Positions 22,236 through 36,118 of a stretch of DNA of 64,000 bases are shown here, one piece after another. The stretch comes from Massalongia carnosa (lineage: Eukaryota). Both the position numbers and the translations under genes were made by a program. The DNA is taken from the NCBI GenBank assembly GCA_965645245.1, contig OZ287069.1, positions 806,001 to 870,000 on the forward strand, given 5' to 3'. Each line of letters starts with the position of its first letter. Positions within the stretch are counted from its first letter, which is position 1. The notes under the pieces are model-generated. The model worked only from the letters and a program-made list of their open reading frames with translations. It made no database searches and was not told the DNA's origin.

Positions 22236-24246
22236 ATGGAATCATTCGAAGGCATACACCTAGAACTCTCACAACAACCCGGCAAGTGCAAAATAATCGA
22301 GAGCGGACTGGGTTGGAAACCTTCGGGTAGTGGTGATACTTTCACACTTGATGGGAACAATATTGGAGGCGCGCAATGGAGTCGTGCTGCCAAAGGTTTT
22401 GAGTTAAAAATCCTCTCAAGAACGTCGGGAGTTATACAGTTAGATGGATTTGACGCCGAAGTGAGTGGCCTACAACACGGTGCATGAAGGATACAACTGA
22501 TATCAATAGGACCAAGACCGAGTCAGTAAAGCCTTTAAGCTCTTTTACGGAATTAACATTGAAAACAAAGAGCATGCATTACGGGGCTGGAATTGGGGAA
22601 AGGCCGAGTTTGGGAAGGCCGAGCTTGCATTTAACGTCCAGAATCGACCAGCATTCGAAATCCCCTATTCCGAAATCTCGAATACCAACGTTGCGGGGAA
22701 GAATGAGGTAGCGGTCGAGTTCTCGCTACTAGCGGGTGGAAGTGAAACTGGAACCAATGGCCATCTAGGTGGGGCCCGGAGTCGAGGGCACAAGGCCGGC
22801 GCGGCGAAGGACCAGTTGGTAGAGATGAGATTTTACATTCCAGGGACTGCTGCAAGGAGGGAAAAGGGCGAGGATGGGGACGACAAGAGCCCCGAAGGGT
22901 CAGATGTAGAAGAACAGAGCGCCGCCAACTTGTTCTATGAGACACTCATGGATAAAGCTGAGATTGGCGAGGTCGCGGGAGACACCTTTGCAACTTTTCC
23001 TGACGTCCTCCATCTTACTCCAAGGTTGGCACTTCTGGCACACCTTCCAAAAGAAATGAATAACATATTCCAGAGGACGGTTTGCTGTTGATATGTACGA
23101 AAGCTCGTTTCGATTGCGTGGCAAAACGTACGATTATAAGATTCAATATGAACACATCAAAAAGTTTATGGTCCTTCCGAAACCCGACGAACTTCATACC
23201 CTAATTACAATTGGTCTCGACCCTCCCCTTCGTCAAGGACAGACCAGATACCCTTTCCTAGTAATGCAATTCAAGAGGGAGGAGGAGGTTAGCATTGACC
23301 TAAACATGACTGAGTAGGTTGGAAAAAAGCTGAGGATTGTGGACGCGACTAACAAGGGTTTAGAGAACTTTTGGAGGAAAAGTACAAGGGCAAACTAGTG
23401 CCTCACTACGAGTCACCGCAGCACCATGTGGTTGCTCAAGTATTCCATGGTCTCGCTGGCAAGAAAGTTCTTAAGCCCTCCAAGGATTTCGCTAGGTACC
23501 TTATTTTTTATGTGAGCAACTCGAAAAAAATGCTAACAGTCACAGCCATCATCAACAATACGGGGTCAAGTGTAGCATCAAAGCTAACGAGGGGCATCTC
23601 TTCTGCCTTGATAAGAGCTTTATGTTTGTACCAAAGCCAGCAACATATATTGCCTTTGATAATATATCAGTCATTGTGATGTCGAGAGTAGGTGGCGCCA
23701 TATCCGCAAGCCGTACTTTTGATATTACAATCACAACGAAAGGAGGAGGGCCTGAGCATCAGTTCAGCAACATTAACCGGTAAGTCATTTTAGTGCTCGC
23801 AACCCGATAATACTGAATCTAGTAGTGAGGAACAAAAGCCTCTAGAAGAATTTTTTCAGGCAAAAGGGTTGAAGGCCAAAAATGAGATGCTCGATGACGT
23901 AAATATTCACTCTACAAAATCCAAAAGATATGATTTGCTAACCAAATACTAGTCGAGCGCTCTCATCGCCGCTGCTCTTAAAGACGCAGACATGGCCTCT
24001 TCGGACGAGGAAGTAGTTGCAGCTCGCGCCGACCGCGGATCCGCCGATGAAGATGAGGAGAGCGTTGACGAGGATTTCCGCACAGACTCCGAGTCAGACG
24101 TCGCGGAGGAGTACGATTCGGCGCACGAGAGCAGCGGAGGGTCCGACGAGGAGATGGCGGATGGAGGTGGAGATGCGGATGCAGCCGGAGACTCGGATCC
24201 TCCGGCCGATGAGCGGCCGAAGAAGAAGGCTAAGACCGCGAAATAG
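22236..24246 (+). CDS. POB3: FACT complex subunit Pob3/SSRP1, multi-exon
   Basis: GLGWKP, LRGWNWG, VEMRFYIPG, LTPRGRF, GLDPPLRQGQTRYPFLVMQF, VKCSIKANEG and an acidic tail ending PKKKAK. Confidence 0.95.
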
Positions 24247-24767
24247 GGGCTTTCGAGGGGGGATTACTGGTCATCTGCTTGCATTGCGTTGGCGTTCTTG
24301 AAGGTATAAAAATTAGGGGCTTTTTTAAAAGTCGTGATTGATGTCACGAACACCCTGTATCGAATGAACGATCTGCCGTCCTCAATGTAGAGCCTAGATT
24401 ATGGTTGGGCTTATTATCTCGAGAAACCTAATTCTCGTTGTTGGCCGTCTTGGCTCCTCACCATCCAGACTATATCAAAGCATGCATTGAAGCATCTCTG
24501 CAACCCAGAGATTAACGGAACAAGTTCGAATCATCCAACGCAGATATTCAAATTAACCGGCATTACATCAGTATAGGGTCAAACGCATTATTTTCTTCCA
24601 GGCGGTCGCCGCAATCGTATCCAGCATAGGATAGGTTAGAGCGTCACCGAAAGAGGAGACACTACAGTCTCAACAAGCTAAAAGTTTAGCTCTTTGATGA
24701 GCTTTTCATTCAAGAATAATAGGCGGTTATCTGAAGCTAAATAAACCTCCCTCCTTGAATCCCCTTC

Positions 24768-25491
24768 CTACTCGTCATCATCGTCCTGGTCCTCATTCGC
24801 CACGTTGAAGAACCTCAGCTCGTAGACCCCCTGGCTTGTGCTGACCACCCGCAACCAATCCCGTAATTGCTGTTTCTTCAGGAATTTCTTCGTCCTGTTG
24901 TCCCTCGGCAGTTAAATTTAGCCTCCACCCTTCAATGACCTTTTTAGGCATTATGTAAAAAGAACCGGGATCTGCATAAACCACCACTAGAGAAAAGGAC
25001 TCACAAGTATTTAAGATAGCGTCCGGAAAACTGAATGTGCGTGATCACCTCGATCTTGCCGTCGCCTTGTTGGCTAATTTGCACGGCGTCGCCGAGGTTG
25101 CCGACGCGGTTGTCGACTTTGATCTTGTCGTGGAGGAACTTTTCAAAAGCGCTGACATCGAAGATTTTGTCTGCGGCGGGTTGCGAGGCGTTGATGATGT
25201 ACTGTGTGACCCATTAGACCAAGCGATGTAGGAGAAGATTATTGGCTTTAGAAAGTATAAGAGAGGTGGGCGGGCGGGGAGGTTTATAGGAGGGGCGGGA
25301 AAAGGGGAATGAGAGATAGAAGAAGACTTACCTTCTTGGTGATTTTGGGTTGCTTGCCTTTGGAACCGGCGCGGTTGGTTTTCTATATTTTTCGTTGCAC
25401 TTAGCCTACTGCTGCTCGAAAGCCCACACGAAGGGCCTTGGAGCGGACAGCAAAGCGGTGCGAGTTGGATACGTACTGCTACGGGAGCCAT
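24768..25491 (-). CDS. RPL22: 60S ribosomal protein L22 (eL22), 4 exons
   Basis: Spliced translation MAPVA...[34 protein letters not shown]...[36 protein letters not shown]. Confidence 0.95.
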
Positions 25492-25915
25492 TGCGGGGAG
25501 TGTAAGAAAGGGTCGCAAATGTGTATCCTGCGCCTGGTGGAGTTTTCTTTGATAAGGTGGATGAGGATTTTAGGAATACCTTATTGAGGTATAATTTCCG
25601 TGGGCAGAAAAGCTCGCTTAAATTTACACCAATGCTGATTGGGCGATATCTCGCTTTAGGGCAAGGATGAAAACGCCTTGAACGTGAACCTGCAGCTTTT
25701 GTGTACCAGTTTGTCTAGTCAATTGGGTCTCTATGTTTACATCTTCAACATGCTGCCATGTTTGGATTTTCCTGCTATATTCTCAAATTTCAATCCAGCT
25801 GTGAATTAAAGCTTTGCACTCAAGACAATTCACATTCAAAGACTCAATCTCTCTTCGTTTTTGTCTCATTTCATAGTGGAAGAATTATCGTTTACTCCGA
25901 GGAGGCTTCGTTAGC

Positions 25916-26968
25916 ATGGGCACCTCTACGCAGCCTGCTTCGTTTGACCTAGTCGATCCAGCCATCTTTGAACATCTTCAGGCCAAAATTGATGAGGATT
26001 CTTCGGCTCGAGAGGAGCTGAAGAATATCTTGCAGACCCTGGAAAAGCAAGGTATGAGCGGCTTTGGTTGCTTCGACTTCAGTTTCTCTAATTGACCATC
26101 TGCAGGACGAGCCACCTCGTCCATCTTATCTCGTGCACATTCAATACCTTCGGCAAAGTGTATGTTGTCTCGGGTTGAAGCTAAAGGATCAGGCCGCGTT
26201 AATATGTTCAAGCAGTACAAGACACTCTGACCGACGCATGGAACTCTGTTGCTCAGCAAGCCGAAACTATCTTGAAGCTTGGAGAGGTAGCATCAAAGCA
26301 TCCCTACTACAAGTACAACAGTCTATGGACGAGGGATATCCAGAATGCTGTACGGGTGCGCGCTGCTGTCCATTCAACTCCAATACTAAATTATCTTAGA
26401 TCTTCGCAATAGTGTTATGCGGATGGCTTGGTGGCTTTCCTCACGAAGAGGCTGAGGCTGAGAGTGGAAGGCTTCTTACGATTGAAGAGGTTGGCGAGAT
26501 TCTCGAAGGTATCCCGCTCGCGTGTGAAGTAGGCGAAGAGGGTAAGCTAAAAGCTTCTGGTAGTCCCGGTGAACCTCAAGGATCGCGATGCCTTCCATCT
26601 GACCATCGAGGAGTACCTCCAAGCTCTCATTAGCCTGATTGAAGAATTGGTATGCGCAAAACGACCTTTTACATTGAAACCAGCTGAATAGCGGACAGGC
26701 AAGATTAGCTGTCAACTCAGTGACATTAGGAGATTACCAACGCCCGATCCAGATCAGTCAATTCGTCAAAGATCTCCACGCCGGGTTCCAAATTCTCAAT
26801 CTGAAGAATGACTCGCTTAGGAGGCGCAGCGATAGTATCAAGTACAATGTTAGTGTCTCTTTGATTGCCCTACGTGAAGTAGCTTAACCATGGATTTTCT
26901 AGGTTAAGAAAATCGAGGATGTTGTCTATGATCTCTCGTTGCGGAATCTAATTCCAAAGGATTCATGA
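25916..26968 (+). CDS. TSN1: Translin (C3PO subunit), many short exons
   Basis: VDPAIFEHLQAKIDED..REEL, ASKHPYYKYN..W, PVNLKDRDAFHLTIEEYL, LAVNSVTLGDY, GFQILNLKNDSLRRRSDSIKY, VKKIEDVVYDLSLR. Confidence 0.9.
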
Positions 26969-27493
26969 GATTGCCTGGTTTGTTGCAGCCACCAAAGTTT
27001 CTAGGAACTTCCATACGTTCTTGTTAAATTCTCCTTTCTTTCGCGAAAAAAAGCAGATATGCAAACCAGAATAGGCCGAAAGGACATAGACAGGTAACCT
27101 TAGAACTGTGGCAAAGATCACATCTCATTCGAAAGCGGGAAGAAGGGTTAAGCTGCTGAAGAGAAAAACGAAGGATTTTATTTTAAAAAATGAAAAGGTA
27201 TCCTTGACCCGAGGGAGTTCTCAACGCTTCTATGAAAGTGAGGATACCTTCTAAATACAATGAAGATATTGGTCATGAGCATGCGATTCTCGTCTACATT
27301 GACCTCTGCACGTGCACGTGACCTAGATTTCGCAGAGATGCCCCGAAAAGTAAATATTCGTATCCAATCGCACCCTCACCCCAACTAACCCTTCCATCAA
27401 TCCTACCATTTGCAATAATCAAGTTCCAAGAGGCCAACCTAAACCTCCTCCCTCCGCCTCCCCATCCCTCTCCACAATCTCCTCCCCCCAAAA

Positions 27494-28270
27494 ATGCCCA
27501 CAGCTACAACCATCACCACCTCCACCTCTCCACCTCCACCAGCAGCGTCCCCTTCCCCCCCACCTCCCCCCCCGATCCCCCTTACGCCCGGCCCCCGCGC
27601 TTCAAAACTCAGCACACTCTTTCACAGCGCGCTCCAAAAAACACTCTCGGCGATCCCGCTCTCGAAATTCAGCGCTTGCTTCCCCACGGCGGCGGCGGGC
27701 GCCCCGCACGTGCTGGCGGCCGTGCACGCACAGATCACGGCGGCGATCGAGGCCCGCGCGTGCGCCGAGTTCGAAGCCATCCTCGTGGAACGGGATGTGG
27801 TGGCGGGGCTAAACGAGCTGGAGCGGTTGGTGGGGGAGGCGAGGGCGAGGAAAGAAAGGGGAGACGGGAGACGGGGTGACGGAGATGTCGCGTAAGTGTT
27901 CTTCTACTTTTTTTCTATCTTCTCCCTCCCCCTCCCCTTTTTATCCCTTCCTTTTTTGCCCCCCCCCCCACAAAATTAACTAAACAAACCCCACCCCAAA
28001 CCCCACAGCCCACACCTCCTTTCGCCCCCCTCCCTCTACCTCGCGCACCTAGCGCCCTACCTCGCTACCATCGACGCCCAGCTGCGCGCCGAACTGCAGC
28101 GCACCGAGACCGCGAACGGGGAGCTGGCGCGCACGATCGCGGCGCAAGGGATGGAGGCAGATAGGTTGCTGGGGGGGCTGGAGGCTGTGGTGAGGGATCT
28201 AGAGGGGGCGAATGTGGTTTTGGGGGGGGCGATGGAGGGAGAAGGGGAAGAGGGCGAGGTTGGAATTTGA
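27494..28270 (+). CDS. NNF1: Kinetochore MIND/Mis12 complex subunit Nnf1, 2 exons
   Basis: TPGPRA..L...F..AL..TL, FSACFPT, EFEAILVERDVVAGLNELERLV, then PHLLSP..LYLAHLAP after an intron starting at ~27892. Confidence 0.8.
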
Positions 28271-28852
28271 TGGGATGGGATGTGTGTCTGGGCGGTTTTT
28301 AAAAATGGGGGAGATGTGAAGGAAAGAGTGGGAAATGGGGGGAACGTGGATTTTTCGGTTGGACAAGATGGGATTACCCAGGCGTTATTTTTCCGAACGG
28401 AAATGGAGGGTGGTGGAAGGGATGGTTTGCTTATGGGACTTGCGGGAAGTTGGCTGGCTGGCTGGTGTACAATACCCATTGATGATGGATGTATGCATGG
28501 ATGAATTCAGCCCCCGAGGATCAAGCTGGGACAGGTCAATAACCAATAAAGACCTGCTATAGACTCAAGAGGGGGAGGTCAAGGATTCATTGACGGATAC
28601 GGTCGGAATAGGTGGTTGTTATTATACGTGTGATGGGTCGCTAATGCATTCATTCACTCGCATATTGAGATACAGCCGGCCAGGTAGGTAGGTAGGTAAG
28701 TAGCTGAGTGAACGAACTAAGCAGCCACCTGACGGGGTGTCACCGACTTATCGGCCAATCGGCGACGCATCCACAAATGATCATATCCCGTCCCATCTAA
28801 TCCAATCCAATCCATCTACCCTTCTCCTTGCCTTCGACCCCTCCCCCGACCA

Positions 28853-30612
28853 TCACTCATCCGACCCCTTCTTTCCACCCACAAACCCCCAGACCACCCG
28901 CGCCTCCTCCCCGCTCAGCAAAGCCTCCTCCACCATCTGCTCCACCACCTCTGTTACCCCATCCCCTTCCCGCCGCATCAACACTTGCAGGCGCTTGCTG
29001 TCACCTCTTAGTCCGCCTACGACCGCCTCCTTGACTCTCGCCTCCCCCGCCTCTTCGGCGGTGGCTTCACGCCCTGCCAGCTCCACCGCGTGGCTGTAAT
29101 GCCCCGCGGCGTTTTTGAGCAGCGTAACGGCGCAATCGACCGCGAGGTCATAAAACGCAGGCGCGTCGGCGAGCCTTCGGCGCAGAAGCTCGCAGTCCCC
29201 GCGGCGAAGGTCAATCCGTTGGAGGTGCTGCACGCGCGGGAGTTGGGACGCCGCGGTCAGGCCGTCGAGGGCGGCGCTGAGGTGGATCCAGCGCAGAGCG
29301 CTGAGGGAATGCTGCGGGTGGGTTTGGAGAAGGGTGGGAAGTGCTGCGCACACGCTGTCATGGAAGGCTAGATCGGCCTCAGCACGGTCGCAAAGTGCTT
29401 GTGGGTCGCTAGCGAGGGAGGGGGCTTGAGTGAAGGCGGCGCCGAGGTCATAATCGTAGGTTTGGAGATCGAGCTGGCCGGCGCGGAAGGCGGCGTTAGA
29501 GAAAGCGCTGGCGAAGTTGGCGTTGGTGAGCGCGATCTCGTGGTGTTGAGTGGGGTTGGCGGGGTTGCTATAGGCGGACAGTTTGTCGCGGATAGCGGAG
29601 CGGTGGTATTCTTCTATCCAGCCGAGCCCGGGGGTGCCTTGGGAGCCCAACACAGTGCAGAGGGCAGTTAGGGTCCCCAATTGCGCGATGGCAGTGTCGA
29701 CAAGCGTATCTTTGCTCACAAGCTCAACAACAGTGGCCCATCTTTCACCATCCGATGGATCGGACGGGCTGCTAGGGACCATGTCGATATCGTCATTCTG
29801 GTCCGGGGTTGCAGGCTCTACCGGCCGGCTTGCTTGCTTTTCAGACTCCGTGAATTGGAATTCTTGAACCTCAAGACAACGCTGGAACAACTCTAGAGCC
29901 TCCTGAAGCATTCGCACGGCAGCCTTGCGAGTGGCATCTGTGGCAGCTCTGCCCTCGCTAGTGGCCTCGGCGAGACTTGTCAGGGCCTGGGCAGTGTTAC
30001 TGCCATAATTCAACAGGCGATACAGGATGATTTGATCCTACAGAAACTCACAATAGGAGATCTGCATTGTCTTGATCAATATCCAAAGCTGTCTTATGTG
30101 AATCAATTGCAACTTGTAGCAAATCGATTGAGGAGGCTGATAGGTGAGCAAGCAGCCGGGGCTGTTGGGCCACTTCGTATTGCAGGCGGGCCCTAGGCTG
30201 TTTTTCAGCGACAGTGAGGGACTTCTACTTGACAGTATCTACTTGTTGTATGCGAGGTCGAATGAACGCGGGAACTTCTGCAACCCGGCGTCATAGTTTT
30301 CTATGGCACGAAGGAAAAATCTGGCTGATTTGGCAGCATCGCCAGCCCGCCATTTCCCTCCAGCTTCTTCTAGGTCAACCCCAGCTGATAACAAAGGTCA
30401 GCGCAGCTCTACGATCATGATTTGCAAAACGCCACGGCTGTTGAGACCTGCAAGATATTCATTTGCCGTATCGGGGCCCTGATGTGAGCTGTCAGTTCCT
30501 CTGGCCTATCAATGGCCTTCACCAGCGTTGAGAGGAAGTTCCCACTAACTTTGAGTTTGGCGGCGGTCTTTTTGGTCCTGGGGAGCTGCTGGAGCTGCTT
30601 CTTATTTGGCAT
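28853..30612 (-). CDS. Conserved hypothetical helical-repeat (TPR-like) protein, multi-exon
   Basis: 386-aa terminal ORF plus upstream short exons (MPNKKQL..., GVDLEEAGGKWRAGDAAK, SFDLAYN, ARLQYE...NADLLF/NTAQ); family not firmly recognised. Confidence 0.7.
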
Positions 30613-32657
30613 TTTGGCCGATGGACTACTTGTAGCGTACAAGCTTGTGCACATCGAGCAGCTCAATTCTCGATTCTCGGTGAATTGGTAAGCGACTGGT
30701 GGAAGTGGAAGTGCGGGAGGAATCTGTGTTACAGAGTCTACACACGAGTACATACACCCACACCATCAAAAGCAATGGATATCCTTGACATGGGCGTTTT
30801 GATAGTATTGAAAGATGTAGGTATGTTTGGACGTATGGTATTGCATGCAACCCACACACCAAGGGACCTGACCTTTACCATCTGGACCTCGAGGTAAACG
30901 ATTTCCAATCACAGCGATTGGGTCTTGGCGATAGTTCGTTGAATGCCGAAGCGACAACGAAGTCACGAGCCAGCGCGGCACCGAAGCAATGAAGCAATAA
31001 AGCAGAAAAGCAAATACAAATACAAGCACCTTGGGTCTTGAAGGCTGGTTAACTAGCTACGCAAGCAAAATACTAAGTCATGGTGGGTCAGCTAGAGTAG
31101 ATAATTAGCGATCACCACTCGCCCACCGAGTATCTGGATAGAGATGAGAAGGAAAAACCCAATCACCCCCCTTTTATCTTGATTGTGACGAAGGTAGGAC
31201 AGGATGGGGCAGGGAATCCGACTGACTATCCACAAGCAGTGGGCCCTGTGCACACTGTAGATACGTTGAAGTACTTTGAAGTTCCACCGAGTACTGTAGC
31301 CTAGTTATGTACCTCCTTCGGCTCCTCCTCCCCTCACAGGGACTGAAATCTGTGATTCCCTTTGGCTGACGACGGGTTGATGCGCGCCATCACACGTGGT
31401 GGATATTTTAAGACCCATAGACGCAGCTCGCGAAAAAGATCCTCGAACTTGCGACGGGGGAAGGTACGCTGAAATTAACTGGCTCCTTTCCACCCCCCCT
31501 ACTTTGCCCCAGAAGCCTCAAAAACGTGGCTTCACACCACCTCCACACCCCCCAAAAGTCCTCTTCTCCAGTGCTACCGTGCTCCTCACTACGGAGAATG
31601 GTGCTGGAATGTGGAGAAACGCACATATAACTACGGTGAGTATGACCCGAAGGTTTGTCCATCATGGTTGGATGGAGAATTAGAACATGTCCTCGGTATA
31701 GAGTAATATTGAATAGGGGGATAAGTGGATAGAAGGATAGGTGTGATGTTGTTACTCTGTATAGAGTACACTGTATTCTGAGTACCGTAACTTTCATAGG
31801 ATCAAGCACACGAGTCAAGGCCGTTTAATGGTCTAATGGATAACATACTTCTAACTGTAAATGGAGCGTTTCCCCTGAGTTCTGGGATGTGACGGGTGGT
31901 AGCGGACTGGCGCTTTAGCACCTAGCTACCTAATAACTCCGTACCGGTAATATGGAGCTAGCTTGGAATGCTCTCTGTACCCCGTACCCCGTACTCCGTA
32001 CTCTGTACAGAACACTGCACTTCCTGAGTCTGTACAGAATACCTACTTTGTACTCACTCCGTACTCCCGTAACTTAGGTGCTCTAGTCTGTACTCCTCAA
32101 CTCATCTGTCTCCACACCCACAACCCGTCACAATGGCCCTCCCTTCCCCTTTCATGCCTGATGCCTCGCCTCCAAAAGGCCCCGGGTAGCTAAAGCAAGT
32201 TTCACGTTCTGACTCGCCTTTTATCTGCCCAATACCCCCCAAAAGTCCATCGTCCAAGGCACGGATGCACCCTACACAACCCAATTGATTATTCACAGCC
32301 TTTTCAACCCCCACAACTTCTTCGTTCATCCGTATCACTCAAATCCTCCCTCAAGTATTCCTATACATACATCATCACCCTCGTCCGTCCCTCATTGATT
32401 TCTCTATACTTTGCTTGCACCCTGGGAAGCGCGATTCGTTCTGCCATCGGTAATCATTTCAAAAGTCTACGTCCCGTTGTTGACGTCAGCTCCTTGTCGG
32501 TAGCCTCGACCTGTGGAACGATAGAGTCGCACATCTCCACAGAACATCAGTTTCCCCAAAGGAGGTCATCGATACCGTCAGTTCTGATATACAAATATCT
32601 GGACGACGGGTGGAAAAAGTTATGATGGGACATTCTATTGAATCTTCACGGCCCATC

Positions 32658-33150
32658 ATGGCCCCAAGCGTATGTCCTTACTCCTTCCAGGCTTGTTTAC
32701 TATCGCATCTTCGACAAGGTGTTTCCTGTTGATCGCAAAAAAGTCTACATCAGGCATTGTCGCCCACTGATTCACAAATGTTGACTTGTGTACGTTTAGG
32801 TTAACTCCAAGCGTACCTCCAAGCGATATTCTACTTACAGCGGCCAACCGTCATTTGCGGCGTCAGAGAACACCTTCAATACCCACTCATCATCCACCAC
32901 CAACGGGGATCCACGCCTTCAAGAGATCAAGGAATGGACCCAAGGATTCGATCGCCTGGAGAGCAAACGTTTGCAACAACAGCGGTACCAGCCAACTCCC
33001 GAGAAAAGTGAGAACCTCAGCAAGCTAGCCTTGGGTGCAAAGGTGGAACGGGCTTTGGACCGAAGGATGACTGACCAAGATGCGGCTATGAAGCCAAAAA
33101 TCCTTAGCGAAAAACCTGGGATTGGTAGGGCTGTTACTACTGTTGTATGA
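32658..33150 (+). CDS. Small hypothetical protein; 5' exon structure uncertain
   Basis: Open exon 32841-33150 after a TTACAG acceptor: ...GFDRLESKRLQQQRYQPTPEKSENLSKLALGAKVERALDRRMTDQDA...; upstream ATGGCCCCAAGC|GTATGT donor. Confidence 0.6.
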
Positions 33151-34223
33151 GGCTGGAGGGAATGCCCTATTGGCACCGAGTTCTGCATTTCATATACCGA
33201 AAGCATTTTTCAATGTATTTCATGCGGGATATAAAGGTTGGCGGCTTTAGAGAGCTTTTTTGTAGGCGCTGTGATCTGGACTTGTGCTCATTTATTTCAT
33301 GCGCGAACACCAATACCCGTGGCATTTCATCTGCGATTTTCCTTGGCCTAGCATACTCTTACCGATCGTTAAATGCTCGAATATCAAACGGAGAGCAAAT
33401 GGCGGCTAACCATGCCTCATTGTTTTTCGCCTTAGTGTAGCTACATCATGTATGACTATGCGTACTCCAACAGGACGAGCCTCCTTTACTTGCTAGCATG
33501 TATAGAGGCATTTGCAGAAAATAATTAGATATTTACCGATCAAAGTGAAGCTGGGACGTGTTCCTGACCCCTCGCGTTTCTTGAATCAAAAATGGCGTTG
33601 CATATCTGCTATTATAGTACCAAACCCCGTGACAGCAACTGGTTAATCCCTGTCACGGGAAGGGCGAACGGGTTTGACTTCCGCTTAACTTACATAAGAC
33701 CCAAGTTTAAATTTTTGAACTGCATGCTCACTCAGAACATCATAGAAAAGACACACTTGAGAAGCAAGCATATCAGCATCTTTCAAACCCATCTAATTTG
33801 TACTAGTCTCGCCTGTTCTTCAGTACAACCAAAGCGGTGGCCCTTTTGAGCCTCATCGCATTTAAGCTCCTTCAATCAAACATAATAATTTTAATCTCCC
33901 CGCACATCAAGATCATTACACTTTTCTATTTTTCCCATTCGATTAAGCATTGCGTCTGCCACGACGAGTGGACATTACCTAATCATCTTCTCAGCTGTGG
34001 CTTTTGACTTCGATCTCTAATCTGTATGTTATTTAACCTCAGTAAAAGAGCTCCTAAGAATTTTTCAAAGAACTGACCGCATGATCGAGCAGGCCATATA
34101 AAAGCCAACTTATCTCTGAAATTTTCACTTAGACCCTCTCGCATCTATCCTTAGCTCATACGTCACAATAGCTAGCACTTTGAACAGCTTTAGTCGAGGG
34201 CCATAACAGTTTCGAACATCAGC

Positions 34224-36118
34224 ATGGCCTCTGAAACTACTTCCAAGACAGTGAACGGCAACTACGGTAACAATCAGTCATATGGTGTTCATGACCAACC
34301 CTTGCCTTCACAAGGCACGCAAAGTACTGCGGGTACCGCTGCTGCAGGATCTTTTGGGGACGATGCTGCTAGTCCGCCTAATCCTGGAAACCGCCCAAAC
34401 ACTGGGGAGAGCGGAGGGAATACTAGCGTACCGAAAGATGAGGTTGGCTGGTATTTCGTCGAGCAATACTACACTACTTTGAGCAAGACTCCCGAGAAAT
34501 TACATGTGAGAGTTCCTCCCGGCTGAGAGTCACAATATTCTCTAATAGATACTTGCAATAATACAGCTCTTCTACTCAAAGCGATCTCAGTTCGTGTCAG
34601 GCGTGGAAACTGAGAAGGTATCTGTTTCTGTGGGTCAACGGGTGAGCACCCAATCATTTCCCGGGAGATTTGCAGCTGCTGAAGCTCAATAACAGGCAAT
34701 CAATGAACGAATCAAGGAGTTGGATATTCAAGATTGCAAAGTCAGAGTGTCTAACGTAGACTCCCAAGAGTCTTTCAAGAACATTGTGGTCCAGGTTATT
34801 GGTGAAATGTCGAACAAAGCAGCGCCACACCGTAAATTTGTACAAACATTCGTTCTCGCCGAACAACCTAACGGCTACTTTGTACTAAACGATATCTTTC
34901 GCTATATTAGCGAAGACGAAGAAGAGGAGCCTGAAAACGAGGAACCGACGCAAATCGAAGCTTCAGCTCAACCTGCTGAGGAGGTGGAAGCGTCCACACT
35001 CCCCGAACCAGCTAACTCCAAGCAGCAGATCGATATTGCGCAGGTTGATGAGGGGCTCGAGGAGGAGGTACCTAAAGAAACAGATGTTTCGGAAAAGGAT
35101 GTTTCGGAAAAGGAATCCTCTGACCCCGACGTGCCAAACGATGAGGGCAGTCACGAGACATTAGAGGTAGTTGAAGCCGAAGATGCACCTGCCGCCGCCG
35201 TTACTGCTACAGCAGAAGAGCAAGTCGAGGAACCTGAAGCTGGTACGGAAGCTGTAGCGGCGGTGGAAGAAGCGCAGCCCGAAAAGCCAAAAGAGCCCGA
35301 CCCCACCCCGGAGGCGACCCCACCGCAATCCGCCAAAGCCACCTCAGCCCAAGCCCCTCCTCCTATAGTACCAAGCAAGCCAGCGGCCCCGAAGACTTGG
35401 GCCAATCTTTTAGCTCCAAATCGTGTCGCCCCACCGGCTGTACCGGCTCAAGCCGCTTCAGCCTCCCCGGCTCCATCAGCTACCAAGGCTAACCCTGCAG
35501 CTGCAAGCAGATCTGTCACTCCACCTTTCTCTCCCGAAGATGACACCGTGGGCCGTCCTCAGCAAAACGGTAACTCTGGATGGCAAACGGCAGGGCAGGA
35601 GAGCGGTAAAAGACAAGGCCGTCAACAGTCAGTGTCCGGTAATAACGACAAAGAAACCGTCCTTGGATACGTCAAAAATGTTACCGAGCGAGTGGATGCG
35701 TCTCTACTGAAGAGTATGCTGCTACAATACGGAAAGCTGGTTTATTTCGACGTCAGTCGCCAAAAGGTAAATCGACCCCAATTGCTTCGTTGTTGGATAA
35801 CACTCATCACATATTTAGAATTGTGCATTTGTCGAATTTGCCGATGCTGCTGGGTATAATAGTGCCGTTGCAGCGAATCCCCACTCTATAGGTGGTGAAC
35901 AGATTTTTGTTGAAGAGCGTAGACCTCGACCGAATGCCTATGGAGGTGGCTATGGCAGTCGAGGGGCCATGCGCGGTGGACGTGGTGGTACTGACACCCG
36001 TCCCGGTAGTCAAGGTAGAGGCAACTATCCGAAGGATGGAGGTCGGGGTGGTTTCATACCTCGAGGGAGAGGAGGCAGCCTGACTCCGCGAGGTCGCGGT
36101 CAGCCACAAGCCGCATAG
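34224..36118 (+). CDS. NTF2 + RRM + RGG protein, G3BP/Bre5/Nxt3 homolog
   Basis: VGWYFVEQYYTTL, VVQVIGEMSN, KFVQTFVLAEQPNGYFVLNDIFRY, acidic/Pro linker with PKTWA, RRM (CAFVEF) and an RGG tail. Confidence 0.92.

Noticed and set aside
24895..25470. Intronic snoRNA in RPL22
   Set aside because: No convincing C/D or H/ACA box arrangement seen
27309..27322. Tandem CACGTG boxes as evidence for a local Pho4 regulon
   Set aside because: A 6-mer shared by many bHLH factors; neighbouring NNF1 and translin have no phosphate link
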